Assembly: GCF_001194135.2 (NCBI RefSeq)
Contig: NC_069000.1
Coordinates: 10,358,075-10,422,074, forward strand
Length of the DNA: 64,000 nt
Reading direction: 5' to 3'
Source: Octopus bimaculoides
Taxonomy: Eukaryota
The translations under genes were made by a program, and so were the position numbers. Positions within the stretch are counted from its first letter, which is position 1. Each line of letters starts with the position of its first letter. Below are positions 24,746-37,378 of the stretch, in pieces. A model generated the notes under the pieces. The model saw only the letters and a list, made by a program, of their open reading frames with translations. It made no database searches and was not told the origin of the DNA.

Positions 24746-27672
24746 TACACAGGGGTCCACAGGTAACAAAATGATTGAGAGCCCCTTTCTAAAGGATACA
24801 ATTGATGAATATAATCCAGGGTACAAAAATCTGAAGAGAGGAGGAATAAGTCATAATATGCCTTTTATCATAGGTATACTCAACCAGGGCTAATTTAGAG
24901 CAAAACAAAACCGATACTATTAAAAATTATTCAGGCTACTTCCAGTCTACAGCTGAAGGAAGCATAAATCCTTTTAATGAAGTTTTAACTTTAATCCTTT
25001 GCCACACAACCCAGTAAAAAAAGATTAAAAAAGAAAAAGTGGTAGCGAGTGCAACTTCACTTGCCTAGTAATAATAATATAAATAAGAATTTAAACTAAT
25101 CAGCTAATAATCTAATCAAATTATAAAATATATTTTTTACTGGCAGAGATTTTAATCAAAAAACAATCTTGCAAATTTGTATTAAAACTCAGAATGATTT
25201 CCTGGTAAACTAGAAGCAGAAGGCTCTTAATTATATAAACTTTAACCCTTTAGCATTTAAATCAGCCATTTCCAGCCCAAATATTCCACCTGTTTTATAT
25301 CCAAAAAAGAGTAAAAAGAGCTTTTGGGAGAGATTATGGTGTACAATCAGTGTGCAAGAGAGTGTTGAAAGGTGTTTTAAGGGTATCACAAAAGGGCCAC
25401 GTTGGAGGCCCAACCTTCTAAGTTCTTTTACGGAGCTTTAGAAAAACTGAAAAACCGCTACAATAAGTGTGTAAATCTGAGAGGGGAATATGTTGTATAA
25501 AATCATAATTGACTGATCATTTTGCATCTCCTTTTTACCAAAGCCAGGAACTTTTCAGCATCCCCTCATACATGTAGCAGCAACAGTCACATGTAGACCA
25601 CATGTTAGCTTTGTAGAGACGTTCAGTGACTGAACACAGCTGCATTGTTTTCTAGTCCCAACTGATCTGATCAAAAAAGAAAACCTAATGTTGAAGACAC
25701 AGTTTTCCCAACATGAGAAACTGAGAAACCACTGGCGTAAAAGTAATATAATATAAGGAAGCCTGTAGTAGTCTCTATAGAAACAGCTATTCATTTATTC
25801 ACTGAGATTCGCAAGGTGAAGCAGGCAGTCGGTGGTAATTTTTGCTTATAACTGCTTCCATAAGTTTTGAGATCTCCATAATTACAGGACAGTGAGTGGG
25901 GTTGGTAGATGTGTGGTTGTATGCTACTCATATTTTACAGTTATAGCAATGTTTCATGAAAATAATAAGATTGATAGCATATATATATCATAATATGGAA
26001 GAAAGAATTTGTTATCATTAGGAAAAAGAAATTTCATTCTTTTTGGAGGTTTTTAAAATGTCTTTTGGCCATTTTATTTTACAATTTTGCTTGTCTGCTG
26101 CAAATATTCAATATTCCATTAATTTAAATTTTTGCAATAATTCAAAGTCACCACTACCCTTCTTACGTGATCTGTACTTTAGCTTAAAGTAGTGGCTTTG
26201 CTAACGAGTTCTTTTTTTTTTTCTTTGTTTTGTTTATAGATAATCAATGTGCTCAGTTTTTATAGAAATTTCAAAAGATCAAAGCTAATCAAAACCTGCT
26301 CCTCCTCCTCTTCTTGGACAAGTATCTTCTACCATAGCTCCAAGCTGGCCAAAGCCTTGTGAGCAGATTTGATAGGAAGAAACTGAAAGAAACCCATCTT
26401 ATATGTGTGTGAGTATATGTGTGTGTATGTATATATATATTATCTCTACCTTCGAAACGCAGAGTAGATAAAACAGGGGGTAACTGATGAAAGGAATGTT
26501 CTTTATGTTACCTGTCTCATTTCTCTATTTGTTTCTTTCATTGTTCGAAAAAAGTTCGTTTTCTATGCTTTTGTTTTTAATGTTCTCATTTCTCGTTTTG
26601 TTCACTTTTTTGGGGCATCCTGTACCCATATATGCATGTATATATACATATATATGTAGGTATGTACATATATGTGTGAGTGAATGAATGAGAGTGTGTG
26701 TGTGTGTGTGCATGTGTGTTACTGTCATGTAATCATGGAAGCATTCTTCTGTGTAAACATGTCTGATAATGGACAAGAAATATTACCTTACTTGCAAACA
26801 GGTGAGGCTTGGTGACAGGAAGGGCATCGACAAATTGCATCCAACCCATGTGTACAAAGTAAAGTGGACGTTAAAAACGAAGAAGATGAATATAAATATT
26901 TTGATTCGAAAATATGTAGCATTAGACGTAAAATCATCCAACTTTCAGATAATTCGTATAGTGTAGTTGCGTAGGGGTTGCAGGAACACTTGTCATAAGT
27001 CCCATAATCCTAGATACAAAATCTATGGGTTAACAGCCACATGTGTATGTATGTGAGTATATATATATAAATAAATGTGTGTGTGTGCGTGAACGTGATC
27101 CAATGATGGTGATGATCATAGTGATGATAAACATTAAAAACCAAAAACTTTCCACAAAAAATTTTCTGAAAAGAATAAAATGAAAAGCTTCAAGAGGATC
27201 TATGTCCAGTACTAACAAAATTTGAAACCTCTTAACTACTATTTGAAAAAAAAAAATGATATTCCTGCTCCAATTCAACGCCAACTACTTATCTTCCATT
27301 TCAAGAGTACTTTACAAAATATAATGACGTCATTAAAATGAATAAAATGGGAAGCCATAATCGGATATTCTAAGTAAAAACAAAATTTGTAAAAAAAAAA
27401 AAAAAAAAAAAAAATTTTATAAAAAGAAAACAAAAATATATTGTACAAATTCAAATGATGATGATGATGATGATGATGGTGATAGTGATGTTTCAAGAAT
27501 CTGGTTATGTGGAGTGCGGAAAATAACTAAAATGAAATAACTCCGATCCATACAATCAATCTATCATCATTTTCAGAACTGCTTCATTCATTCAATATTA
27601 TTGAAGTGAGCAATCATAAATAACTATAAACAGTCTCTTCCTGAACTCCACACCCCCATCTTTTATATATTT

Positions 27673-27721
<49 letters not shown>

Positions 27722-27743
27722 CACACACACACAAAGCTCCTAC

Positions 27744-27758
27744 CTTTTCTCATTCAGT
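27744..27758 (-). CDS. 15-nt candidate microexon (x-LNEK-S)
   Basis: Long pyrimidine tract ttctttctccttcgtttctggtaatttcag| and donor AAG|gtagga. Only the phase 2-2 frame is open, matching the phase-2 start of the 10238 exon. Confidence 0.5.
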
Positions 27759-28292
27759 CTGAAATTACCAGAAACGAAGGAGAAAGAATTTGCAATGTCT
27801 CAATTCAACAGTTTATCAAAGATGGTTGGTTAACAGCTTGTATCAAAAATAAACATGCCTTCTTGACTCCGTCAGTAATTTTCAACTTGAGTTTAAGCGA
27901 ATTCACAACTGATATAACAATGTTAATAAAGGTGATTTAGCTTTTATGAGGGGAAGGGAAACGCCGAAAGACACAGGTGAAAAGCTTTCTCTCCTCCACT
28001 CTGACACCGACCGCCGCCTGCTGCCTTTCCCCGAGAGCTACTGAGTTTAAACAAACATATGATTAATGTCTATGCACACCGTTTTAATTTGCTATCTCTT
28101 TAGAACCAAAATCTTAACTGGACCATAAACACAGAAAGACAAATAGGAGAACTTGCTTTTAACAAGAGAAACTACTTCTCAGGAACAGGCACCACACAAG
28201 CGTGTACACACTCACACACGTTCAAAGTGATCAATTCTATCATAAATAAACTAATCAGTTTCAATTCTATAGTTCAACATATGAGTGTATAT

Positions 28293-28331
<39 letters not shown>

Positions 28332-28339
28332 CATATACA

Positions 28340-28392
<53 letters not shown>

Positions 28393-29416
28393 CATCAATC
28401 AGTGTCAGAAGTGGTCACTTCTAGATATTAGCAATATACAGACCCCACCTCCACACACACACACACAAGAAGAAAAAAGCATACATAGGTGCAGGTGTGG
28501 CTGTGCGGTAAGAAGTTTGCTTCCCATTGCTTCCCAACCACATGATTTTGGGTTCAGTTCCACTGCGTGGCAGTTCGGGCAAATGTCTTCTATTATATAG
28601 CCTAGGGTCAACCAAAGCCTTGTGAGTGGCTTTGGTTGACGGAAACTGAAAGAAGCCCATCGTATATATGTATATGTATGTGTGTTTGTGTCTGTGTTTG
28701 TCCCCCAACACCACTTACAGAATTGTAAGTGCTTAACAAAACCATCATAATAAATATATGTGTGTGTCTATATATATATATGTATATATTATTATAAAAT
28801 ATGGTAATTAATCATATATTAATTAATATCGATTAATTATCAGGAGGCCAGCACATCTAAAGAATCAAAGAGATTCAAAAATAATATCGGCAATCTCAGG
28901 GGATTAAGGTACATTTTTAAAAATAACGTTGACCACTAACGTGGACAATTAATGTGCTAGAAATAGATGTATATATATATGTATATATATACATGAATAT
29001 ATAATTATATGTGTATGTGCACGTCCATGCATATGTGTCTTTGTTCGTCTCTCTCTCTCCACTGCTTGACAGCCACTGTTGGTTTGTTTACATCCCCATG
29101 TCCAAGCAGTTCGGCAAACGAGGCCAATGGAATAATTAGCAGATTTAAAAGATAAGTACTGGGGTTGATCTCTTTGATTAAATAAAAACAAAAAGAAAAT
29201 CCTCAAGGCGATGCCCCCACATGGCCACAGCCCAGTGACTGAAACAAGTAAGTACAAGATCAAACAAACACTTCAATTCATCCACACTGCCACCACCACC
29301 CCTCCCTGTTTATTCCACATGTGCTACTTTGTAAAATATATATCCCAGTTTCAATCCATCTTAGTAGATGACTATTATTATGATAACGAAGGTATCTGCT
29401 CTCACTGAATCTAAAC

Positions 29417-29481
29417 CTAACAATATCCAAAGTAGGAATAGGTTTAAATATATCTTCCAAGTCACTTAAGTACCTATTATA
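29417..29481 (-). CDS. Candidate 65-nt internal exon (YNRYLSDLEDIFKPIPTLDIV-R)
   Basis: Acceptor ttttaaattcatatacag| and weak donor TAG|gtttag. Phase 0 to 2 would bridge the 29645 exon and the 27758 microexon. Confidence 0.25.
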
Positions 29482-29644
29482 CTGTATATGAATTTAAAAT
29501 CAAAAGTAGACATTGCTTTGCTTTTAAACATAAGTAATGAGAGAGATGGAAGCAAATTGTACATTAGAAATAGACATTAATAGCTGGGGAAGCAGGGAAA
29601 ATTAAACGAATGAGCTCAACCAACAGAAAGTATGGGGAAATTAC

Positions 29645-29719
29645 TTGAAGCAAAACAGAATGCAACATATTTAGAAGGTTGGATTTAGAGAACCTTCCCA
29701 AATGATTGGTTCTTCTAGA
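29645..29719 (-). CDS. Candidate 75-nt internal exon (SRRTNHLGRFSKSNLLNMLHSVLLQ)
   Basis: Very strong acceptor tttttattcccgcattcttgcag| and moderate donor CAA|gtaatt. Only the phase 0-0 frame is open. Confidence 0.3.
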
Positions 29720-32700
29720 CTGCAAGAATGCGGGAATAAAAACTGACAATTTTACTAATTAACTCGCTAATTAGAGATCTATATTTCTGAAACTGAGTTA
29801 ACCATTTTGATACCATCCTGCCTGAGACCATTTTTGGTTCCATAATATGAAACCTCTCCTTTTAAATTGTTCATATTTTAAATCAAAACTTTCCATTAAA
29901 ATTCTATATCTTTGTTAGATTATATTTTTATGAACAATAGGTTCATAATGACATTTGTTTTACTGAATGCCACCAAGTCCTTGAAAAACTTTCAGAATTA
30001 ACCCTTTTGTTATTATATTCCTTTTGAATTACACACTCACATTGTTTCAATTAATTCTGAAAATAATGAAAAATTTATTGAAATAACTTTGTTGTTATAC
30101 TTGTGCTTAGAATGCAAATTAACATGGAATTTTGATGGAAGGCTTCATTGTCGACCACTTTAAACAGGGAATTTGTATCATAGAACTAGCAATCTCAGGT
30201 GGGTTGGTATCAAGAGGGTTAATGGAAACAGATATGCAGTTAATTTCATTAGAAATATCTTCACGAAGGGCTTTAAAAGCAAATGAAATCTGTACACTAC
30301 AATCCATTTTCCATCCTTTTATTTCTAACTGTTTGGCACGAGATATCAGTACGGCTACTTTCTTCGAATCTGTTGGGGTCACAATACTCAACTCCATTAA
30401 TCAGCTGTGACTGAATTGTGACCACTGTCTTATAAAAGAAACCTGGAGATCCAAAGGGTACAGGACAGGACCCAAACAAAAAACAAGCAACTGACTTGCA
30501 AATTCAATTATAAACATTAAATTTAAAACATTAAATTTAAACCAACCATATCCAGCCGAAATACTTTACCTGTTTTACGTTCAAACCAGCCAGGTCCCAC
30601 CCATCATACCTACCCTTCAATGTCACATCTACCCTACATTCTAAAACTAAACCATTATATCATTGAAGTTTCAAAGCTATGAGATAATTCATGATTAATT
30701 CAAAACAATGTGAATAAATAACCATTATATTTGACCAGAGTAATTTGAATACTAAAGGGTTAAAGGCTACGGAACAGCCCTAAAAGAAGAGGATTCCTGA
30801 AGGAGTTGCACCCTCAGTAGACTATCAACAAATTGACAAAATGAAAATAGCTTTTATTTCTCCCGACATATTACTTCTTTTGGCAGAGTTCAAACTTGAA
30901 GCATTTCCTTTGACCAAATAATAATTAGAGGAGACTGTGGCAGCCATATGCAACTTGGTAATATATATATAATCATGATCATCGTCCAACATCCACTTTT
31001 CCATGCTTGCATGGGTCAGAGAGAATTTGCTGTGGTAGATTTTCTACAGCTGGATGCCCTTCCTGTCACAGACCCTCACCTGTTTTCCAAGGAAGACTGG
31101 AAACAAGACACGTCACTTGGATGACAGTAATGCTTATTTACAATCAACATGTGATTTGAAGACAAGGGTCTTCACATACAAACACAAACATACACACATA
31201 TATGAGACAAGTTTCTTTCAATTTCCGGCTACCAAATCCACTCACAAGGCTTGGTCAGTCTAAGGCTGTAGTAAAAGAAGACACTTGTCCAAGGTGCCAT
31301 GCAATGGGACTGAACCTGAGACCACATGGTTGAGAAGCAGGTTTTTTAACCAAGCCATGCCCGTACCTCAAAAGTATAAACAGAACTCTGACAACCAAAT
31401 ATTCTGTCACCAACTTCAATACTAAAGAGTTCCAGATAAGGTGTTGTGTCAACACCTCTTTAGGAGTTCAGACTCTGCAGCACGAATGCTTGCTATTGTC
31501 TTTTATTCTTCCAGAGCCCAGTAGGTGTATTAGAATCTCTTCATGTTGAGAAATAAATCCTTGTTTTAAGCATAAATACCTGTACCCAAATTAAACAATT
31601 ACTAGTTTTTGCAACTCCCTGCCGTGTGTGATCTATGTTACCAGGTAAGAAATACTGTATTGGATGGCATTTAGATAAGACATACTCCAACCCCTCCCCC
31701 ACAAAAAAAAAAGAAAAGTAAAAGAAAACACCCTTGATTCTCTGTGCGAAGTCAGGCCACCCATAAGCTAATTTTGTTCCTAATACTCACTACTACAAGT
31801 TAATCTTAATTCAGGTGGTCTCCAGTGTTTTGGTTCACATTCTACTGTAGTGGAAGTTTGTCTTTTATACAATATTCTGCTCTGAGATTTTCCTTTCTCT
31901 TTTTGCCTGCTTTATGACTCTAATCAAGTGGGATATTTTCACTGCCATGATATCTAGTTTTATTTTCAGTTGTAACTGCAAACTTACTTTTGTAATGTTT
32001 TCTCTAATGGTTACTGCTAGATTACTTTAAATATTACATGCTTTAATGCGCTAAAATCTTTCTTTCCTTATTATGTATTGCTGAAATTAGGGCATATCTA
32101 ATATACCCATAATGTCTTTTTATACTATCAAATACGATTTGCTTTTTTTTTTTATTTTATTCTTTTTTGATTTAAAAAAAAAATTGTTTATTTAAATACA
32201 GTTCTTTGAACCTGAAGAATATAAAACTAGTAGTATAGCTTTTTAATGCCACTGAAATTAAATAAGCCAGCACTAACTTAAATATATAATACAGATTGAT
32301 ATTAATGTCAGAAAGGACATGGTTGTTAACTAAGTCTCTTTTCCTGTTGCACACATACACATGGTGGATACAAAGGAATGTAAAACTTCCTTCTTAGAGG
32401 ATCATCAGCTACTACTCGTGCACAACTGGGGGTACTCTGACCTGCTGGATAGCTCTGTGGTAACAGTTCTCCATTAAACTGAAAGAAGAGTGCAGCAGAC
32501 AGTGGAAAACTACTGTATTTCACTCCCACTCATAAAGCAAGATCAGCTTGGACCTTAGTCTGAAGATAGAGCATTTATCATTATCATTTTTTCAGGGATA
32601 TTTAAAGGCCTAGAAAAATAGGATTCAGGAATAGTTTCTTCACCAGGGCTGTCACGTATAACAGAACATGCTAGACTTACTGATGGGTCTACTGTACATT

Positions 32701-33081
32701 CACATACAAGAAGATAATATAGACACTGTAGAATGATCAGCCACTTGCATGTTAATTTCATGAGCTGGCTGTTCCACCAATTGAATCGACTGGAACCCTC
32801 ATCATTATAACTAACGAAGTGCCAATTAATCAAAGACAGTGTGTTTCAACAGAAATACAGTAACAAGTATTTATGTCATTGTGCAAATTCAGTTTTTACT
32901 TTCAGACCTACAACATACAACTGAAACACTATTTCCCATTGGGGCTGAGACCATAAATGTATGAATGCAGGTATCTGACAGGTATTACAGGTGTGTCACA
33001 ACCCAGACAATCAGGTCTTGAAACAATTTCTTCATACAAATGAATCATGCCCTTTGCCACTGTCAATACTGTATGCAATCT

Positions 33082-33302
33082 AAGGCAGCAGGCTGGCAGA
33101 AACGTTAGCACGCCGGGCGAAATGCTTAGCGGTATTTCGTCTGTCTTTATGTTCTGAGTTCAAATTCCACCGAGGTCAACTTTGCCTTTCATCCTTTTGG
33201 AGTCGATAAATTAAGTACCAGTTGCATATTGGAGTTGACCTAATCAACTGACCTCCACCACCCAAAAAAAATTTCGGGCATTGTGCTTAGAGTAGAAAAG
33301 AA
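33082..33302 (+). mobile_element. SINE family A
   Basis: High identity to the 3265 copy over the head and central domain. Confidence 0.85.
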
Positions 33303-33983
33303 CACTGTGTGTATCTTATAAAAACAGTAGTGTAAACATACTTGAGTTACATTTTACAATCACAAGCTAAGTACACATTACAATACTGTTATTATACATA
33401 CCCTAGAGGTCTGCTTTATCATATGTACAAATACTGAATTATCTATAGTAGTATTATATGCTCTTAACATGTCTTACAGGTTGTCAACTTGCACTACTAT
33501 TGTACTTACTGTTCTACTAACTTTTATACGGTGAAATTTAATTGATACGGAAAATTAAAAAACTAGCTGCAACTATAGCCTCAATGTACTTTTACAGGTA
33601 GAATGACAAGGAACTGTACTGATATATATATATAGATACATATGTAAGTACATATAAACAAGAGTGTGCACTCATAGAAGTGAGATTCAGAGTGACTTTG
33701 CAAGTGGGGGGGGGGGAAACAAACTACATCTAATAAGAAGAGTGAGCAAATTAACAGGGCATTGCAGAGAAGAGAACAAGGAGAAAACTGACCAAACCCT
33801 GATTGATTAGCCAATGAGCAAAGGCATTCCTGCCATAACTACACCTACTATAAAGATTATGTGATCAATCAAATATGCCCTTCCCATTTTCTTTGAAGAA
33901 GACCAGGTACAATTTGAAGAAGATTTAACTGTCATTTCTAACAGATCAAATAACAACAAAAGTATTTCTTGTTGCATGATACA

Positions 33984-34016
<33 letters not shown>

Positions 34017-34884
34017 CCTCTCTCTCTCTCTCCCTCTCTCTCTCTCCCTNNNNNNNNNNNNNNNNNNNNNNNNNNNNNNNNNNNNNNNNNNNNNNNNNNN
34101 NNNNNNNNNNNNNNNNNNNNNNNNNNNNNNNNNNNNNNNNNNNNNNNNNNNNNNNNNNNNNNNNNNNNNNNNNNNNNNNNNNNNNNNNNNNNNNNNNNNN
34201 NNNNNNNNNNNNNNNNNNNNNNNNNNNNNNNNNNNNNNNNNNNNNNNNNNNNNNNNNNNNNNNNNNNNNNNNNNNNNNNNNNNNNNNNNNNNNNNNNNNN
34301 NNNNNNNNNNNNNNNNNNNNNNNNNNNNNNNNNNNNNNNNNNNNNNNNNNNNNNNNNNNNNNNNNNNNNNNNNNNNNNNNNNNNNNNNNNNNNNNNNNNN
34401 NNNNNNNNNNNNNNNNNNNNNNNNNNNNNNNNNNNNNNNNNNNNNNNNNNNNNNNNNNNNNNNNNNNNNNNNNNNNNNNNNNNNNNNNNNNNNNNNNNNN
34501 NNNNNNNNNNNNNNNNNNNNNNNNNNNNNNNNNNNNNNNNNNNNNNNNNNNNNNNNNNNNNNNNNNNNNNNNNNNNNNNNNNNNNNNNNNNNNNNNNNNN
34601 NNNNNNNNNNNNNNNNNNNNNNNNNNNNNNNNNNNNNNNNNNNNNNNNNNNNNNNNNNNNNNNNNTATATATATATATATGCATATGTATGTGTGTGTGA
34701 GTGTGTGTGTGGTTTTGTTAAGCAGTGTCGATTTTTACACACACACACACACACATATATTCCTAAGGTATTTTTTGATGATATTATTATCATTATTATC
34801 ATTATTACTATTATTTATTCATATGAACAACAACAACAACATGAATAAACAATAAGAATAATGATAATTATAACATCAGCAAAA

Positions 34885-35065
34885 AATACCCCGGGGAATG
34901 AGAACCCAGAGTTGGGTTCAAAATTCTACCAGGACACCTGATGAAGGCTGGAGAGTAAATCGGCCGAAATGTGGTGATAACAACAAACAAGATGAGGACA
35001 CATAAGTGTCCAATGTAGATAATGTAAATAACGTACAAGAATTCTTCAACTCTAAAATATAGAAC
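34885..35065 (+). mobile_element. Penelope-like terminal fragment with a degenerate hammerhead-like core
   Basis: cacCTGATGAaggctggagagtaaatcggccGAAAtgtgg, followed by caacaaacaagatgaggac. Confidence 0.5.
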
Positions 35066-36501
35066 AAAAAAAAAAGAATATCATGATAAACAGCTTGTGA
35101 ACCGCTATCACACCTATGACAACAACAACAACAACAACAACGGTGATGATGATGATAATAATAATAAGTTACAGGTAGTAATCTGATACCCACATAAAAC
35201 CTACCAGAAATAAGACTAAACCTGAGCCAAAGCAAAATGATTATAATAAAAGACTTCAAAATGTGATTAAACAAACAAAACTGAATATATATTACCGATG
35301 AGTGTAGTATTTGCTTATAGCAGTGTGATCCAGTGGTAAATAGTCATGACAAAGTAGTACCCGGAATTAAAATAATCTGGCCTGATACTGTGTGTTTGTA
35401 CTTGAAAAAAAAAAAATGAGTAGGTGTTGCATCACAGCAAATAGACATTTGATAATGTGTTAATAAAAGAAAAGGATGTGATAAATGAAGTCTGAAGAGC
35501 ATTTATCTACATTATTGTTCATAATGTTCTTCCATAGTTAGAGTGAGCCAACAAGGACACTTCTACATTACTTCTCAGTTTGCTAGAAATAAGTATCTTG
35601 AGAGAAAAAGAATGCATCATCTTAAAAATACAATACTAATAAAGTATTAATCTAATCCTTTGGTATTTAAATCTGCCATATCCAACCCAAATACTCCGCC
35701 TTTTTTTATGGTTAGATCCGGTCTCTCACACCTAACTTTTAATATCATTCTACAAGTAAACTATCACACCATTGAAATCTTAGAGCTACGAGATAAAGCA
35801 TTATTAATTCAAAACAATGAATGACTAAGCGTTACATCTGACACGGCAATCAGAATGCTAAAGGCTTAAGAATAAAATACTGTCTTTAGACAATGATATC
35901 TGCAATAAACTCTCGCTGGAGATAGGATGGTCACAACTGGAATGCTTGTTGATTATAAGACCACTCGATAAAGACTGACCGAGGGTTAAACAACAATAAC
36001 ACCAGCAGTGTACTGATGAGCAAATTTATAAAAACCACCCCAGCTTTACTAACTACTTATGAAGTAAACTTATTTTCTTGACGGAAACACATGCTCAGAT
36101 CATAAATTAAGCCTGAAGGCCAGAGTAATTTGCTTTATCGCGATTATCCAACATTGGATCTTTTACATTTCATTGTTATATTGCAGGAAATTACATCAAT
36201 AATTAATTCTCATCAGAAAAACATTCAACTACCCTTAAGCATCAAAAGATAAAAACAGTCCTTTATAGTAATGTGTGTGTTATAAGTCTTTATTAATGAT
36301 GCACCTTCAAGTGAATTCAGCTATAACTAATAACAGATAAAATCCGCCTTTCTGCCATCCAGGGGGTTTCTTTAATCAATGTATTATAAGCTATTATTTA
36401 TAACTGAATTCCCTTCGAGATACATCATTAATAAAGACTTTTTTCCCATGTTTCTCCATGCTTCTTTCTACATTTATCTTACACATGTACATTACATATA
36501 A

Positions 36502-36569
<68 letters not shown>

Positions 36570-37200
36570 ATAGTACACACACACACATATATATAGTAAC
36601 AAACTAAGGAAAGGAACTCCTTCAAAGGGATGTGTAAAACATCCAATTCACTAGTTCGTCAGTTGAATACCACATAGATATGGGTATAAAGCAAGTTACA
36701 AGCAATATATTAATTAGAGAGATTCAATTGACAATCCAATAATTTATTTATATTATAATATAACATAATATACTATGAATATAATATGATATAAGATAAC
36801 ATAAAAAAATCATTACAAAACCAAAGGAACCAACAATTTGTTTTGACTTATAGAACTTATTTGATTTACAAACAATTCAGTCCACTTATATAAGTCTCAT
36901 CAGAGCTTTGGCTTAAAGACAAACAAAATCCTGTGTGAAAGGACGGCTGGATTGTAAAAACATTAATACAAATGCCTATGTATTATGAGTGTGAGCGTTA
37001 ACTTTTCAACTACATAACAATTACTATTAAAAATTTTTTAAAATTATAACAGACAAAATAATTAAATAAATAGAATCTACAACTATCGAAATATATTTCT
37101 ATATATCTCAAATAACATTAATCCAAACTTGTTTAGGTCGAAAACAATTTTTGACTATTATATTAACATGCAACAACAATATATAGGTATATAAAATAAG

Positions 37201-37378
37201 AGTAAATTTTCAGATTAACACCCGCACGATTGTCACTAGGGTGTTAGGGTTAGGGTTAGGGATGGAATTCCCTAACCCTAACACCCTAACCATAATCCTA
37301 AAACCGTAACCTTGACCCTAAAACTCTAGCCCTAACACCCTAGTGTAAATCGGGCGGGTGTTAATCTGAAAATTTACC
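37201..37378. mobile_element. 178-bp foldback MITE containing head-to-head telomeric repeats
   Basis: 48-bp arms 37202-37249 and 37330-37377 match at 45/48. Flanks aaaataag and aaattaag form a near-perfect 8-bp TSD. Interior is (TTAGGG)n then (CCCTAA)n. Confidence 0.75.

Noticed and set aside
31367-31421. Exon candidate IEVGDRIFGCQSSVYTFE
   Set aside because: The donor GT comes from a mutated SINE-B head, and two frames are open, so chance is likely.
32929-33111. Kinase-like TVAKGMIHLYEE in a minus-strand ORF
   Set aside because: No HRD or other kinase motif follows, the ORF start lies in a SINE, and there is no usable donor.
33807-34848. Long ORFs of 180-340 aa here and at 47245-48261 and 50031-50621
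   Set aside because: Their length comes from N-gaps translated as X.
37235-37345. True telomere or chromosome-fusion scar
   Set aside because: Only a few repeat units, enclosed by TIRs and a TSD, so a transposon origin is more parsimonious.
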